A DNA stretch of 63,960 nucleotides, counting the filler, from Lenisia limosa (Eukaryota; Protista; Breviatea): NCBI GenBank assembly GCA_001655205.1. It is 12 parts of 12 records of this genome, joined end to end, with 100 filler letters (N's around TTAATTAATTAA, not from the genome) between each part and the next. Parts side by side here need not be neighbours in the genome. Positions count along the whole stretch, not along the records: positions 32,824 to 38,085 come from LPNZ01011367.1; positions 38,186 to 40,805 come from LPNZ01000735.1; positions 40,906 to 45,375 come from LPNZ01000964.1; positions 45,476 to 48,103 come from LPNZ01000092.1; positions 48,204 to 52,087 come from LPNZ01006646.1; 7 more parts are not named here. The stretch is one strand, 5' to 3'. The notes beneath the pieces are model-generated. The model had not been told where the DNA came from. It saw only the letters and a program-made list of their open reading frames with translations, and made no database searches. How positions within the stretch are numbered: the stretch's first letter is position 1; each line of letters opens with the position of its first letter. The translations under genes and the position numbers were made by a program. This document shows, piece by piece, positions 36,420-48,524 of this stretch.

Positions 36420-37986
36420 ATGAACATTAATCTCGTTGAATACAAGCCAGGGGTGATCCCTATGTCCCTGGACGATGAGGAGAAGCTCATTTTCCCTTAT
36501 AAGGTGGGTGATTCAGCTAAGTAAGGACTCTTCACTTACATCTAGGTGTCTAATGTGATTGGACCTGTTTACAAAAGAGGCAGCATCTCCTGGACTGGTG
36601 AAAAGGACAGTCACGTTTTGATCACCCCAATGGGCAACCGAGTTTCTGTTGTTGACTGTCTGAAGTACGGAGGAATGAACGGAAAACTTCGTAACAGCAT
36701 AACATAGCACATGGTGTACCTCTAAATGGCCTTTCATTCTAATTTGTGATGCGGTGTTGTTAGTTCAGGTCGTTTTTGATTATCCTTGCGATTGTCTTGT
36801 TCTCACAGCACAGCTCACGCTCCTGGACCCTTGGTTTTGAATCCCGAACAAACATCATCCATCTTGCAGCCTGTCCTGAAAATGGCTACCTTCTGACAGT
36901 CGATGATGGTTTGAGGGCCAGCTGGTGGGAAAAGCCAACCCAGCGGGGCACGTGCGTTTTCTGCATTGATTGTGACGAGGGACATATTGTGACAAGAGTA
37001 TGATTTGATGCGATTTTAAGGGATATATCTATACAGACCATACATATGTTCTCTCATGATATATCATGATGAATAATTACACACTTCGTCGATTTGCAGC
37101 CTTTTACACCCCTACAGGCGGACTTGGCATCATCTACCACATGCCCTCCAAGAAGGAAGTCCACCGAAAGCAGTTCAAGCACAAGGGCCTGACTCACGCC
37201 AAGCCCATCCGCGATGCTCAGTGGAGCCCTGATGGAAAGTGGGGGGGGGGGGGNNNNNNNNNNNNNNNNNNNNNNNNNNNNNNNNNNNNNNNNNNNNNNN
37301 NNNNNNNNNNNNNNNNNNNNNNNNNNNNNNNNNNNNNNNNNNNNNNNNNNNNNNNNNNNNNNNNNNNNNNNNNNNNNNNNNNNNNNNNNNNNNNNNNNNN
37401 NNNNNNNNNNNNNNNNNNNNNNNNNNTGGACCAGTACAAGCAGCACAAAGTCTCAAATGACGATATTACACACATATCTTGGGTATGAAAACATATAATA
37501 CTCATATTTTATGAGTATGACAGCATTCTTTGTCAACCTCTGCAATCAAATCTGTAAATAAATAAAGACAAGTCTTATCAACGTAGTCGCCGGATAACGG
37601 ATGGATTGCTTGTTGCACCGAGGGTCTGAGCGTCGTCATTTATTCGAGAAACAACCTCGAGAATTACCAGCCGACCATCTTGAAGGGATTCAAGGAAAAC
37701 CCGGTATGTCCTTTGGTCAATTGCCTTCAGTACGGCTTCACTTCGGTAAGAAAAAGACCGGTAAATTATCGATAGTTTTCGAGGATTTATCGATAGTTTC
37801 TGACTTTTTTTGAATCGAAGTTAAGCCCTAGCCTTCAGAATTGAGAATGTCCCGTGTCGTTGGTCACACTGGTCCAAAAAAGACTTTCTACTAAATCCTA
37901 TTCAATCAATGTTTTGCCCTACCTTGACCCTCCAGATCAGCTCCTTCTTCAACGCTAAGTGCACCCACCTCTATGTCATTACCCAG
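36420..37986 (+). CDS. PWP2: WD40 ribosome biogenesis factor PWP2/UTP1, 5' part
   Basis: YK|VSNVIGPVYKRGSI...LITPMGNRVSVVD; FESRTNIIHLAACPENGYLLTVDD|GG; IRDAQWSPDGK. Divergent from the XRN-like gene across ~450 bp. Confidence 0.88.
37731..37830. mobile_element. Family A hAT-type MITE with a perfect 8-bp TSD
   Basis: GCCTTCAG at 37723-37730 and 37831-37838; lies in a PWP2 intron. Confidence 0.92.
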
Positions 37987-38185
37987 GTAAACAGGATATG
38001 CTTTCGACACTATGTTATAAGATGTGATATAAAGACAGCGTATTTGTATTGTTGCACCGGCATTTGACTGTGTAGGACGGGGCGGNNNNNNNNNNNNNNN
38101 NNNNNNNNNNNNNNNNNNNNNNNNNNNNNTTAATTAATTAANNNNNNNNNNNNNNNNNNNNNNNNNNNNNNNNNNNNNNNNNNNN

Positions 38186-40805
38186 GGTGAAGTCCTGGGA
38201 CGGCACAGTGTTTGGCAAAGCAAGGGAGTTGGAGGCCAAGCGCGAAGCGGAGGAGAGGAAGTCCCACATCCCGCCGAAAGGTGCGCGGAAAAATGAGAGT
38301 TTTACTAATTGAAATTGGTCAGGACTTATCGCGGTCTACATAATGCGCGGTTTTAGATGCTTTAGTTGTTGTAACACGTATTCCCATGGCTTTCCTTTCC
38401 CCTTGGCGTACATGTCATAGACACGTGTAATTTCGGTTTTGACGCTTTAGTTGTTACTCTGACGAAGCAAACTTGGGCCCAGAGGATGATGGCAAAAAAT
38501 ATGAAACCGTGGGTGACAGAGATAAAGCAGAATTTATGCTAACTAATTGCCCTCACCCCTACCCCGCACAATCATTTTTTTTTTTGTTGTTTCTTGCTAT
38601 TGTTGTAGTTAAATTGTCGATAATTTTTGAGGATTTTTCGAAAAATTCCGTCTTTTTTCGGACGGAATTGAAGTCCTTTTTGCATTGTGACAATTATAAC
38701 CTGCACAGGGTGGAGAAGGACGCCGATGGTCGGCCCGAGTATAAAGTTGGGGAAGGGAAACGATGGATCTCCATGTACATACTTTCATACTTTCATACAT
38801 ATCATCTATAATTGTATATGATATATCATATATACTGTAAAAAGGTATACAATGTACATACTATGTACATATAATATGATTATTGATACATTCTGCCTTT
38901 CCCCGCTCATTAGGAGAGATAATTTGTTTGTAATCGTCCCTCTCCCGATATCTCTCACCTCACCACGCAGACTCTGATGCTGACGGGGCCTCCCGGAACA
39001 GGAAAAACGACCTTGGCCCACATTCTTGCAGTCCATTGCGGGTATCGTGCCGTCGAAGTCAATGCCAGGTAAGAGTACAACTGGGGCTTTACTTTGGTCC
39101 GGAAAATGACTGGATTTCTCGATAAATCTATATCACATAGCAAATCGGTCAAGACTTATCCTGGTCACCGTGTATATTTCGATACTTTATCGATCTTTTT
39201 CGACCGGGGAGAAGCTAGTTGCAACAATGCTCATCTTGTATTCTTTGTTCTTTTATTTCCTATTTCAACTAAGCATATTCTTGGGATATGAAAAGTGGAA
39301 TGAGACGGGTGGAATATGTCACTTCCCAAACGAACAAATTTTCTCTTTTGTTCACTAATATTTTGCGTTGTGTGGTGTTAGAAACGTAGATGGTCTTGGG
39401 CATTGTTTTTGTTTTTGACAATGTAGTGACGATCGAAGTGGAGAGGGTTTCCAGAAGATTGTACACAATGCCCTTCATAACCGATCAATTGTAAACAACA
39501 AACCGAGCCTTCTCATCATTGATGAGTGTGATGGACTCCATAAGGTGCGTCAATACTACATAAGGGATAGTGTTTCATGTTGAGAGTAAGTAGATATATT
39601 AAAAATAATCTTGGGATACATAATATTACTTAGGGATTCCATAAAACAATATTTCACGATACGTCTGCTTCTCTGATGCCGTGAATAGGCGTTTTAACTT
39701 TGTATACTTTGTGTTGTAAAATACATGAAACACTTAATTCCCACTTTGCCACACATAATTTTAACTGCGTACTTCTTTCCTGCCTATCAAGATATTACTT
39801 GCTTCGTGAATATTGATATGAGGCCTCTTTGTCTTCCCTCGAATTTGGGGCTTATTTAAAAAGGGTTGTTTTCGGTATCAATTTGCTATTCTATTTAATT
39901 TTTAAAAAAATTAAAACAGTTACAATACATTTGGTATTTTGGACATTTTCATCTTGCTCCTCATGCTCCAGAACGCAGTAGCGTACTTAGAGAAGCTCTT
40001 GAAAGATACCCCTAAGAGACTTACTCGGCCTATCATCTGCTGCTGTAATGACCTGTGAGGGGGAACTTCGTTTTTGCAAGGTTTATATTTTTATTGTAAT
40101 ACCATCATCTTAGCTTCATTATGAATAACTACGGCTTCCCTGCGTTTCCAAAAAAAGACTGAGAAACATACTTTCAATAAATATCGATATTTTAAGGTCT
40201 TTTCGGAACGCTGTGCGTGTTTTTTTAATACACATAGGTACGCACCAGCCCTTCGCCCCATTCGATTCCTTTCTCAGATCCAACGCTTCAAACCCCCCAC
40301 GTACGCAGGGTGACTTTGCCTTTTCTTTTTATTTTCCTCTCCTTATGATGGTTATGATGTTCCCGCTTTTCTTCTTCCCTCTTCTTATGATGATAACTAT
40401 ATAACGATAATGCCTCAGCTTTTTTATGATGATTATGGTGTCCGTATTCTTCTTCATATAAAGACGATTATGATGTCTCCACTTTTCTCATTTGATGTCC
40501 CCACACCTGGATGATGATTTTAACCCATTCAGCCCCCATCGTCTTGCATCTCGTGTCAGCTTCGTCATTAACAAGGAAAACGTAAGCTCGAGAGGGGTTG
40601 TTCTTGTCATGATTATTAATAGTGTGATTACTCCATGTCCTTAAATCTATACCCCCCCCCTCCCTACCCCCAAATTTTCCGATTTTGAGTTGATTTGGGC
40701 TTTTTTTGTTTCATAAATTTGCCAATTTTACCCCCCCCTCCCCTCACCCAGGTTCCAGTAGCTCAAGATGCCATTCATGCCCTTACTAACCGACGGGACT
40801 CTGAC
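38186..40805 (+). CDS. CTF18: Chromosome transmission fidelity protein CTF18 (RFC-like AAA+), internal part
   Basis: [10 protein letters not shown]; [30 protein letters not shown]|DDRS; [11 protein letters not shown]; [10 protein letters not shown]|YAPALRP. Confidence 0.95.
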
Positions 40806-41222
40806 NNNNNNNNNNNNNNNNNNNNNNNNNNNNNNNNNNNNNNNNNNNNTTAATTAATTAANNNNNNNNNNNNNNNNNNNNNNNNNNNNNNNNNNNNNNN
40901 NNNNNGAATAGTCAAAACACTAATCCCCAGTCCATGTACAATATATATATCATATTATATAGTATATCGATATAGCAATGAGAAATAACAATAAAGATGT
41001 ATCTAACCGAAGCCGTCCATACCATCACGCTGATAAGAGATATTTGATTATAGTATAATATTAATTCACCCAATTATTTGCCTTACAACTCTGTGCACAC
41101 AGCTTTCTGCGTGCCACCCCAGCATGTATACATATATATATAGTACAAGTATTGCATATAATTTTATTGGGTCACTACCAAACATGGAAACTATCAGAGT
41201 CCTCATATTCACTAGCCTGAGG

Positions 41223-41272
41223 GTTCATCATTTCGACTCGAAAGTCGAACATATGAGCTTATCACTAGTGGC
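41223..41272 (+). repeat. Family D repeat (core palindrome TTTCGA-C-TCGAAA, then CATATGATCATATCACTAGTGG)
   Basis: Copies at 41223-41272(+), 44915-44950(+), 55323-55422(+), 57394-57467(-). Confidence 0.8.
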
Positions 41273-41514
41273 TATTTGAACACTATGATATCCTTGTTTC
41301 CAGATACAATATCATTATCAATAAATCCTTACCAGGCAAATGATTGGGTGAATTAATATTATACTATAATCATATCTCCTAGAAACGGGATGGTATGGAC
41401 GGCATCGGCCAGATACTGCTTTATTTCTCATTGCAATAATATATATCATACAAAAAAAAAAATACGAATATATATCATATCCTTATCCCAAATCCCAGCT
41501 GACCGAAGTGGAGT

Positions 41515-43776
41515 GATGTGGACTTCTGAGCCTCTTTTAGGATCACAAAGAGAATATTCTTGATAGCCCCGTTCTGGGAGGTGAGGGTACTATTTTAAAG
41601 AAGAAGAGGAGGAGGAATAGTAAGAAGAAAAATAAAAAGACATAATACATGTTTGTCACATAAACTGTCCACTCAAAAAGAGCCAATCCAAATGGCTAAC
41701 TTGTAAAAATCCATCACAATTGTATGATAAACACTTGCCCCCCCCCCCCNNNNNNNNNNNNNNNNNNNNNNNNNNNNNNNNNNNNNNNNNNNNNNNNNNN
41801 NNNNNNNNNNNNNNNNNNNNNNNNNNNNNNNNNNNNNNNNNNNNNNNNNNNCTGCCAATGCCTGTACCGCTGAGCTGAAGAGAGGCTTAGACCTATATTG
41901 TGAGGGGGGCTGGATTGTCTTTTGGCCATCTCCATCTCCATGGTGGAAATTTAAATGATTGTAGCTGTTGCCCCCCCCCCCTCACTCAACGAGAAGAAGA
42001 CTGACCAAACTTGTGATCATCTCAGAGGTGGCCAGGGTCTTGTTGACTGAAATGTCAAAAAGATGGCAGAAATATGAAAATATATGATGTTGTGAAATAT
42101 AAACATAAGTATGTCTTGATACACTACGGGCGCAACTATCAATATACCGTGACCGGGATAAGTTTTGACCGATATTCCTTGGGAAATCACACAGCAAATC
42201 GGTCACAAAACCAACCGATATCTGAATAAAGAACACCCTTCAACATCATCACGCAGGAGAGAACGATCTAAAAATAATAAAAGGATGACACGTGTCTAAA
42301 ATCGTGTGCATTTACTCAGGGCATTATAAGTCCTGGTAGCCACTCCAAATAAAAACGCAATATCCAATCAGAAAAACTTGTAACTCATCAAAATGATTTA
42401 TGCACTGCAGGTTCTTTGTTAAAACACTTGCACCCAACCGAAGGGTTTGTTGATTGGAGAACTGAGCAGAAGATGGACGCGACGTTTTCATAGGCTGCTA
42501 ACTGCTCACGACCCTAAAACGTTACAATTAGGGCTTCACTGGTCTGAAAAGACCAGTAAATATCGATATTTATCCGTGAAATTCATTTTTCGTACTGAAA
42601 TGAAGCCCTAGATGCAATGGAAGAGATAATGGTGGACTATCCCCTCGGGGCCTGAGGCCTTTTTTCAATTTGTCACTTTTTGGATCGTGGTCATACAAAG
42701 CACAATAATACAATACACTATATTTATCTCGCCGAAGCCGTAGAAAATAATATGTCGTAAGAAATGAAAAAAAGTAGTGAATGAACATAATAAACAACAC
42801 AAAAATAAAGTCAAATCAATCGACTTATCCCTTTGAAAGACACACAAGACATATTCTTCCCTCCAACCTTAGATACACTACAGAGCTGTGAGAGGAGGGC
42901 GAACGCAGGGGACACCGGTTCCCCGACAGTCTTATGCGCTGAAATATGCCGCATTGTGAGGTCCAACAGGTCGCCCTCAGCCAGGGAGTATTGTGCTGTT
43001 TCCTAGAAATATAGGGTGTAAACTGTGTCTGACAGGTTCCATACAAGAGCGTACATATTACTTGAATTGTTGATTTGATGAGGGAATCGGAGCTTGTAAA
43101 AAGCTCTTTATTTGTTGATGAACGCTTCAATATTTTTTAAAAAAAACAAGAGCCAAATACAAGCCCGGGGGCAATCCGGAAAGAAACAAAGAAGCAACCC
43201 GCACACCTGTGAAGAGCATATTCTAGTCAGAACTTTGAAGGCTTTTGCCGCCACATTTGGCGTCACATGTTCAATATTAAGAACTTCCATCATCTTTGGC
43301 ACTCCTCTTTTTCCTAGAGGATGAACTAGAATCCATATCTCCAAAAAGTGTGATGGTCAAATACAAACATTCTGTGGATATGTCTAGATTTCTATTCAAA
43401 ACCAGTATTCGTAGTAATATTCCTCTTGATCTCTCACAAGTAGGCTCGAAACGATATGGGTGAATCCATTTGGAGTATATCAATAAAGAGAGCCTGAAGA
43501 CGTGGAAATGAGAAATATAAATGATTGAAGCTACCTGAAATTTAACTTGAAAATGATAACGGTTGTTTGGCTACGAGAATCATAAACTCTGTGTACAGAA
43601 AGAAACAATATGAATATCTTAGTGGTCTGAAGGGTGGAAAAGGCAACCATCTTACCATATGCAAAAGCAATTTCATCAGGCTGCTTGTCTTTTTCGAAGT
43701 CAGCAATTGGAGTGGGGAGACGCTGATCAAGGAAGTCCGAAGGGTTGTGGGGGGAAGACGCCCCGCCGACGCTCAT
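41515..43776 (-). CDS. Probable ARM/HEAT-like helical repeat protein, 5' part
   Basis: Exons HPLGKRGVPKMMEVLNIEHVTPNVAAKAFKVLTRICSSQ, LAEGDLLDLTMRHI...AFALLSQLC, LATSEMITSLVSLLLVE, TSQNGAIKNILFVILK. Confidence 0.5.
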
Positions 43777-44005
43777 GTTGCCTGTTAGCTTTTCTGGAGA
43801 CCCTTCTTTATATTATATAGTTAACTCAACTAGAGAGATAAAATTTGCAGCCAAGAGGGCGTTAAAGTGGACGGTTTCAGCAAAAGGGCGGTGTTTGCGT
43901 TGTGCGTAGATGCACGTATTTAAATAAAACAAAATTATCAAAAAACACGAAGAAGAAAAAAAACCAACTGTCTGTAAGATATATACTTTCTAGTTAATAA
44001 TAAAA

Positions 44006-45090
44006 ATGTCGGGAGACGCAAGTGATGATGAATCACAGGACTGTTATCAAGATATCATTGATCTTCTGCTTGTTGGAGGTAATTGACTCCGTCAACAGTG
44101 TTGTTTTACATTTTAGGATATTTTAGAGCAAGATTAGCTGACCTTACCCCCTTTGACAAGGTAATTATTTGGTTCCTGCTTTATGCTGTGTCTCGCCTTT
44201 ACCCTCTTTGATATTCACACTATTAATTAGATTGTTGGAGGCTTTGCATGGGCCGTAACATGTTCAAGCGAGGATATTGACCTTGACTACTCCGACCAAC
44301 TTTCTCTTGGACAAAAAATGTAGGTTTCTGTTGAGGAAGGGGTGGACTCCACTTTTGGGAGATAGTAAAACAAATCATTAGGAAAACGTTTTAGTTGATC
44401 GAACTTTGACAGCATTTTCACTAACTTCCATTATAACAGAAAAGGATTATCCCGTTGATTGAAGATATGCATGTAGTTATATGGAGTGGTGTGTCATTTA
44501 CATTTTAGCGAGCATCAACTTGACAATTACATTTCCGCCATGTGTTCTTCTAAACCATATCATACCTAGTTCACCAAGCCCATATAGTCTATCATACTAG
44601 TAATATGATGCATCATACTGTTAGCAATGAGAATAAAAAATAAGGTTGTATCTGCCCGAAGCCGTCCATAATCACTCTTAAAGATATATTGGATTATAGT
44701 ATAATAGTAATTCACCCAATCATTTGCCTTACAACTCTGTGTATCAGAACACATATACACCGTAGTAATTTTGATGAAACTCTGATGTACAGGAATGATC
44801 CGTCGTGTATATCTTTGTTTGTATTTTCTCTTTTTGGGAGTAAGAAATATAATAGGAATATGTAGGGATATCTAAAACAAATCACCATAATTATCGCTGC
44901 TGGGGGACTCCACCCATTTCGACTTGAAAGTCTGTCATATGGTCATATCCTCACACCATTCAGTGCAGTAGCAGAAAAGGTGATCAAGTCCCTTCGTCGC
45001 ATGAAATGTCCGTATCCCCTCCACCCCAATCAGATCCAGGGTCTCGACTACGACCATCTCCTGCCCGTCTTCCAATGGCTCATCAAAAAA
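44006..45090 (+). CDS. CCDC93: CCDC93 (Commander complex), N-terminal part
   Basis: YQDIIDLLLVG|GYFRARLADLTPFDK|IVGGFAWAV...LSLGQKI|..AEKVIKSLRRMKCPYPLHPNQIQGLDYDHLLPVFQWLIKK. Confidence 0.95.
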
Positions 45091-45218
45091 GTTGGTGGAT
45101 TCACTTCGGTTCGAAAAAAGACTAGATTTCTCGATAAATTGTCGAAAACTATCGATATTTTACCGGTCTTTTTTAAACCGATGTGAAGCCCGAAGTCAAT
45201 CTTGCGATTTTGGGCTTT

Positions 45219-45303
45219 ATTTTGCAGAAGCAACTGGCCTGGGTTTTGTTTGTTTTGTTGGTCTCAACCCTTGTGGTCAGCCAACCGAGTTGATTCTGGG
45301 CTG
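45219..45303 (+). repeat. Family E dispersed intronic repeat (CAGAAGCRACTRGCCTGGGCTTTG...TCAACCCTCGTGTGTTGTCAGCCAACAGAGTTGATT)
   Basis: Copies at 30455-30491(+), 51070-51146(+), 62097-62182(-); partial at 52232 and 53655. A related segment GGAGYTTCAGATTATTCGGTTCGT occurs at 9705 and 30677. Confidence 0.8.
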
Positions 45304-45559
45304 TTTTACTCCCCCCACCACGGCTACCTGGCAATCCATACGTCTCGCATATTATTGAGGCTATTGAGGGGTTCTNNNNNNNNNNNNNNNNNNNNNNNNN
45401 NNNNNNNNNNNNNNNNNNNTTAATTAATTAANNNNNNNNNNNNNNNNNNNNNNNNNNNNNNNNNNNNNNNNNNNNATATATATCATATATACATATACTA
45501 CATATATTATATATGATATGCATATCATATGTACTAGTATGTATTATATACCTGCACAT

Positions 45560-48050
45560 TGTTCAAAAACGCCCAGAGGGTTCTTGTGAAACAGCCTGAG
45601 TAAGTATCACCCCCCCTCTCTTACTCAGCGGTTGGAGCAAGTCATCCGAAACCGCAATATGCTGTATGGCAGCAGTGATGGGTTGTAGGGCCTGAGATCT
45701 GGGTTCTGAAGGGGTGATAAGGACTATATATACTAGCTATAAGAACTGACATGATACATAAATTTATATGATCATTTTTTTTACATAATATATCCATTAG
45801 ATATCATATGGTATGTCGTTTTTCTATTCCCCCCGTTCCGCCCTCTTACTAGAACCTTGGAGGAAATGTTTGGCAAACTCCATAAGTGTGGACATGATTC
45901 GGTGGGGCAAAGAGGTGGCTGAAAGGTCAATCAACCTTACTAAATTAATGAAAATATTCCATGTTGATTGCTTCCATGCCTACTCATACTCCTGCAGATG
46001 TTGTCAAGAGTCATAGCCATCGCGTAGAACTAAACTGTAATCAAGACGACAAATTTTCTATTACACTACAGATATCCATAAACCAAAGTTGTCCCAATAC
46101 CACGAAAAACAAAGAGCTTTGAAGTAAACTCCGCGTTAGGGGACATTCCACAACCCAGCTCAAGAAAGAAGAAAGCACCTGTAGCATACCACATCTTCTG
46201 TTGGCTCCCTAATCTTGACTGCCGCCTGTATGATGGCGTTGGTAAGGGCTTCAGCCGTGTTGTGTAGGGGGTGGACAGGTTTGGGGACTATAGATGTGAG
46301 ATAAAGTTCAAACATAGCATGGATGGAAGTCAAGAGAAATACAATCTATCTTTCGGGACTATTTTCAAAGCAGTTAATAATTCAACCTCTTACCAGCCTC
46401 TGAGGGATTTGGGAGTCTCAACGGCTTGATCACACTCTCTAAGGCATTGAAAAGGGCTACGGTGTCATCTTCAGGCTGATTTGGTGAGAAAAAATTGGGG
46501 GAGTGGTACTCTAAAAGGTGAGAAAAGGCTTGAATATCAATACAAAAAAAAAAGCAAATGAGTCACACAAAATCTCTCTTCTGTTATTGGAATTGGAGTG
46601 GTGGATGAGTTCCATGTCTTCGAAAAATGGTATGTTGGAAATTGCCATCAATACGTTAGTTAGATAAGTATAATTAGTATTTCATTGTTTTCAAACGAAA
46701 GAATGTTGCGTTTGCACCTTCTCAAAGTGAACTATGGGCACGTTTTGTCCTGACATTGTTAATGTGCATCGCTACATTTCAACTTTCAAAGAGATCAACC
46801 TCCCAACTCCTGTAAGTACTGGAGCTTTTAAAGAATATAAACAATGAAAACAAAAAACTGCCAATTATTATAATAGAACAGTGAATATATCATTTGTGGA
46901 AGATCAATTGCAAGGTGATTGACCACAAACAGCTCCTTACAGCCACCCTCTCTCAGAAGAAATCCGAGAAATATCTTCTTCCTTAGCATATTATAATATG
47001 ACAATGTCCCAACAAGAGGAACAAGACTTGAAAACCGCGCTGCTGCTCTTCACCCTTCCCTTCCTTAAATTTGGTAGTAATATACTCTACATAATATTTC
47101 ATATCAGTCGAGCTTGATAGTGTCGCCCTTTCGGCATTTCTTTGTTTACGTCAAAAAAATTTCATGACCACAGGTACTACAAAGATATGTTTAAGCGGCT
47201 GTGAAATCAGCTGCTTCAGAGCCACGATTGAAAACTGGCCACATGACTTATCCGTCGCCAAAGAGCAGAAGAAGGATCCGTGACCATCGACGTATTTTAC
47301 GTTGTAGCAAGGTTTGATTAGAAAGCCAACCTGTACCGCCGTCTCTCTGCGGAGGTCCTTAGGCCTGATAACTTCGACAAGATGAGGTTAGGCCTGATAA
47401 CTTCGACAAGATGAGGTTAGGCCTGATAACTTCGACAAGATGGTTAGGCCTGATAACTTCGACAAGATGAGGTTAGGCCTGATAACTTCGACAAGATGAG
47501 GGTGAATATGATTTTTAGTTTTGTGACTTCTTTATATTTAATCTTCCATGTTCAACACGCGTCTGGCGTTACGGATCATCCTCATATCTGTAAAAATATG
47601 AACTTGGTGACGCTGATGGAGGCATAAGCTGAGGCTGCTCTTTTACAGGTCAGGTGACCTGACTGTGGTTGCTGACCTCTTTTACGGTAAGTTCGTTTTT
47701 CTTTCGGCTAGTTATGTATTGAAGTGGACAGTCCAGGGGCTCTTATTGAAGACGTTCGTGGAGGTATCAGCATGGGCAATAACACTCCAAAAAATAAAGA
47801 TATCAACACAAAAAAATTTGGTTCATGAAGAGAAGTAATATAAAGTTTGTTGCTTTATACAAATGGTATCATAGCAACTCACGAAATTGTCAATGGGCTG
47901 GTTGAGAGAAGTCTCGGCAATCTGTCCGATCATTTGGACCAGTGGAGTCACGACAACGTTGAGGGCTTCGGTAGTTTGCTAGAGGGTCAAAATGGGAGTT
48001 GACATTATACTTGTGGAAAGAGCGTTAGTAGTAGAAGATTTCCAACCTTG
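45560..48050. CDS. Exon-like segments of one or more unresolved genes
   Basis: Minus-strand exon-like frames at 45560-46480 (e.g. HNTAEALTNAIIQAAVKIREPTEDV). Segments at 46700-48050 read plausibly on either strand. Confidence 0.3.
47359..47501. repeat. Minisatellite, 29-bp unit x5
   Basis: ttaggcctgataacttcgacaagatgagg, one unit 2 bp shorter. Confidence 0.96.
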
Positions 48051-48524
48051 GATAAAGAAAAAGAGTGTTACATTGTATCCTCTGATTAGATCATATTACA
48101 TTTNNNNNNNNNNNNNNNNNNNNNNNNNNNNNNNNNNNNNNNNNNNNTTAATTAATTAANNNNNNNNNNNNNNNNNNNNNNNNNNNNNNNNNNNNNNNNN
48201 NNNAATATATGATATATGATTGATAATTATATGATATATATGATATATATATATACGTGTGTATGCAATATAGTATATATAATCTATAATATATGAAATA
48301 CATATAACTAGTAGTAATTACTAGTATACATATGTACATATGAGAAATACATATGTAGCTATATGATATATTATATAGTATATGCATATGTATAACATAA
48401 TATAGTAAATGGCATTATATTACATATGCTGCTAAATAATGTTTCACAACTACATATTACCACATCATATCTTATTGGATGAGCTATCTTTGTTCAAATG
48501 ATATTCTCTGCATGCCCTTCACCC

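Noticed and set aside
41005-41035. 5S rRNA- or tRNA-derived origin of family C (CCATACCA similarity)
   Set aside because: The match is only about 8 nt, with no further 5S or tRNA structure or A/B boxes.
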